Below are positions 62,201-64,000 of a DNA stretch of 64,000 bases, one piece after another. Both the position numbers and the translations under genes were made by a program. The DNA comes from Eledone cirrhosa (taxonomy: Eukaryota). The notes beneath the pieces were generated by a model, which saw nothing but the letters and a program-made list of their open reading frames with translations, did no database searches and was not told the origin of the DNA. Location: the NCBI GenBank assembly GCA_964016885.1, contig OZ024741.1:278380001-278444000 (forward strand), in the 5' to 3' direction. Positions within the stretch are counted from its first letter, which is position 1. The number at the start of each line of letters is the position of its first letter.

Positions 62201-64000
62201 TGTTTGTGGTGTATTGATGTTTGAGTGTGGTGCCTGGGGTTTTCATAGTGTTTGTGGTGTACTGATGTTTGAGTGTGGTGCCTGGGGTTTTCACAGTGTT
62301 TGTGGTGTATTGATGTTTGAGTGTGGTGCCTGGAGTTTTCATAGTGTTTGTGGTGTATTGATGTTTGAGTGTGGTGCCTGGAGTTTTCATAGTGTTTGTG
62401 GTGTAGTGATGTGTGAGTGTGGTGCCTGGGGTTTTCACAGTGTTTGTGGTATACTGATGTTTGAGTGTGGTGCCTGGGGTTTTCATAGTGTTTGTGGTGT
62501 ACTGATGTGTGAGTGTGGTGCCTGAGGCTTTCATAGTGTTTGTGGTGTATTGATATTTGTATGTAGTGCCTGGGGTTTTCATAGTGTTTGTGGTGTACTG
62601 ATATTTGTATGTAGTGCCTGGGGTTTTCATAGTGTTTGTGGTGTACTGATGTTTGTATGTAGTGCCTGGGGTTTTCATAGTGTTTGTGGTGTATTGATGT
62701 TTGAGTGTGGTTTCCTGGGGTTTTCATAGTGTTTGTGGTGTACTGATGTTTGTATGTAGTGCCTGGGGCTTTCATAGTGTTTGTGGTGTATTGATGTTTT
62801 GAGTGTGGTGCCTGGGGTTTTCATAGTGTTTGTGGTGTACTGATGTTTGTATGTAGTGCCTGGGGTTTTCATAGTGTTTGTGGTGTATTAATGTTTGAGT
62901 GTGGTGCCTGTGGTTTTCACAGTGTTTGTGGTGTATTGATCTTTGTATGTAGTGCCTGGGGTTTTCATAGTGTTTGTGGTGTATTGATGTTTGAGTGTGG
63001 TGCCTGGGGTTTTCATAGTGTTTGTGGTGTATTGATGTTTGAGTGTGGTGCCTGGTGTTTTCATAGTGTTTGTGGTGTATTGATGTTTGTATGTAGTGCC
63101 TGGGGTTTTCATAGTGTTTGTGGTGTACTGATGTTTGTATGTAGTGCCTGGGGTTTTCACAGTGTTTGTGGTGTATTGATGTTTGAGTGTGGTGCCTGGG
63201 GTTTTCATAGTGTTTGTGGTGTACTGATGTTTGAGTGTGGTGCCTGGGGTTATCATAGTGTTTGAGGTGTACTGATGTTTGAGTGTGGTGCCTGTGGTTT
63301 TCATAGTGTTTGTGGTGTATTGATGTTTGTATGTAGTGCCTCGGGCTTTCATATTGTTTGTGGTGTATTGATGTTTGAGTATGGTGCCTGGGGTCTTCAT
63401 AGCGTTTGTGGAGTACTGATGTTTGTATGTAGTGCCTGGGGTTTTCATAGTGTTTGTGGTGTTTGATGTTTGTATGTAGTGCCTGGGGTTTTCATAGTGT
63501 TTGTGGTGTATTGATGTTTGAGTGTGGTGCTTGGGGTTTACATAGTGTTTGTGATGTATTGATGTTTGAGTGTGGTGCTTGGGGTTTTCATATTGTCTGT
63601 GGTGTATTGATGTTTGAGTGTGGTGCCTGGGGTTTTCAGTGTTTGTGGTGTATTGATGTTTGTATGTAGTGCCTGGGGTTTTCATAGTGTTTGTGGTGTA
63701 TTGATGTTTGTATGTAGTGCCTGGGGTTTTCATAGTGTTTGTGGTGTATTGATGTTTGAGTGTGGTGCCTGGGGTTTACATGGTGTTTGTGATGTATTGA
63801 TGTTTGTATGTAGTGCCTGGGGTTTTCATAGTGTTTGTGGTGTATTGATGTTTGAGTGTAGTGCCTGGGGTTTACATGGTGTTTGTGATGTATTGATGTT
63901 TGTATGTAGTGCCTGGGGTTTTCATAGTGTTTGTGGTGTACTGATGTTTGAGTGTGGTGCCTGGGGTTTTCATAGTGTTTGTGGTGTATTGATGTTTGAG
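56257..64000. repeat. 48-bp satellite, block 3 (runs off the window)
   Basis: Same consensus to the last base. Confidence 0.99.

Noticed and set aside
17220-64000. Long repetitive ORFs (MFECGAWGFHSVCGVL, MKTPGTTLKHQYTTNT, HHKHYENPRHHTQTSI; up to 1,399 aa) as mucin-like, His-rich or Cys-rich proteins
   Set aside because: The unit is 16 codons and is open in several frames on both strands at once. Stops and frameshifting indels are scattered freely, an LTR element interrupts the array, and there are no unique termini or signal peptide.
17260-64000. CRISPR array
   Set aside because: Contiguous tandem units with no unique spacers, no cas genes, and a spliceosomal-intron context.
17260-64000. 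Telomeric repeat or G-quadruplex array
   Set aside because: No TTAGGG runs, and only one GGGG tract per 48 bp, too widely spaced for a canonical G4.

Overview
Eukaryotic (animal) genomic DNA, AT-rich and repeat-dense. The SINE and RTE-LINE families resemble those I know from octopus genomes, so a cephalopod origin is inferred but not proven. Bases 1-17.2 kb hold four in-frame GT-AG exons of an axonemal dynein heavy chain (AAA2 to the AAA3 P-loop, DNAH6-like, + strand). They are surrounded by a decayed RTE LINE, many tRNA-type SINE copies, a ~1.14 kb non-autonomous Helitron, a zinc-knuckle ORF1 remnant, minisatellites and a fold-back element. From ~17.26 kb to the window end lies a G+T-rich 48-bp satellite (about 860 units by length arithmetic) with nested higher-order duplications. 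It is interrupted twice by the same 2,672-bp non-coding LTR element (550-bp LTRs, 4-bp TSD, tRNA-Trp-like PBS), copied within a ~12.85 kb tandem duplication. I could not find the next dynein exon, so the satellite appears to fill a >52 kb dynein intron. The long repetitive ORFs in the track are translations of the satellite, not genes.
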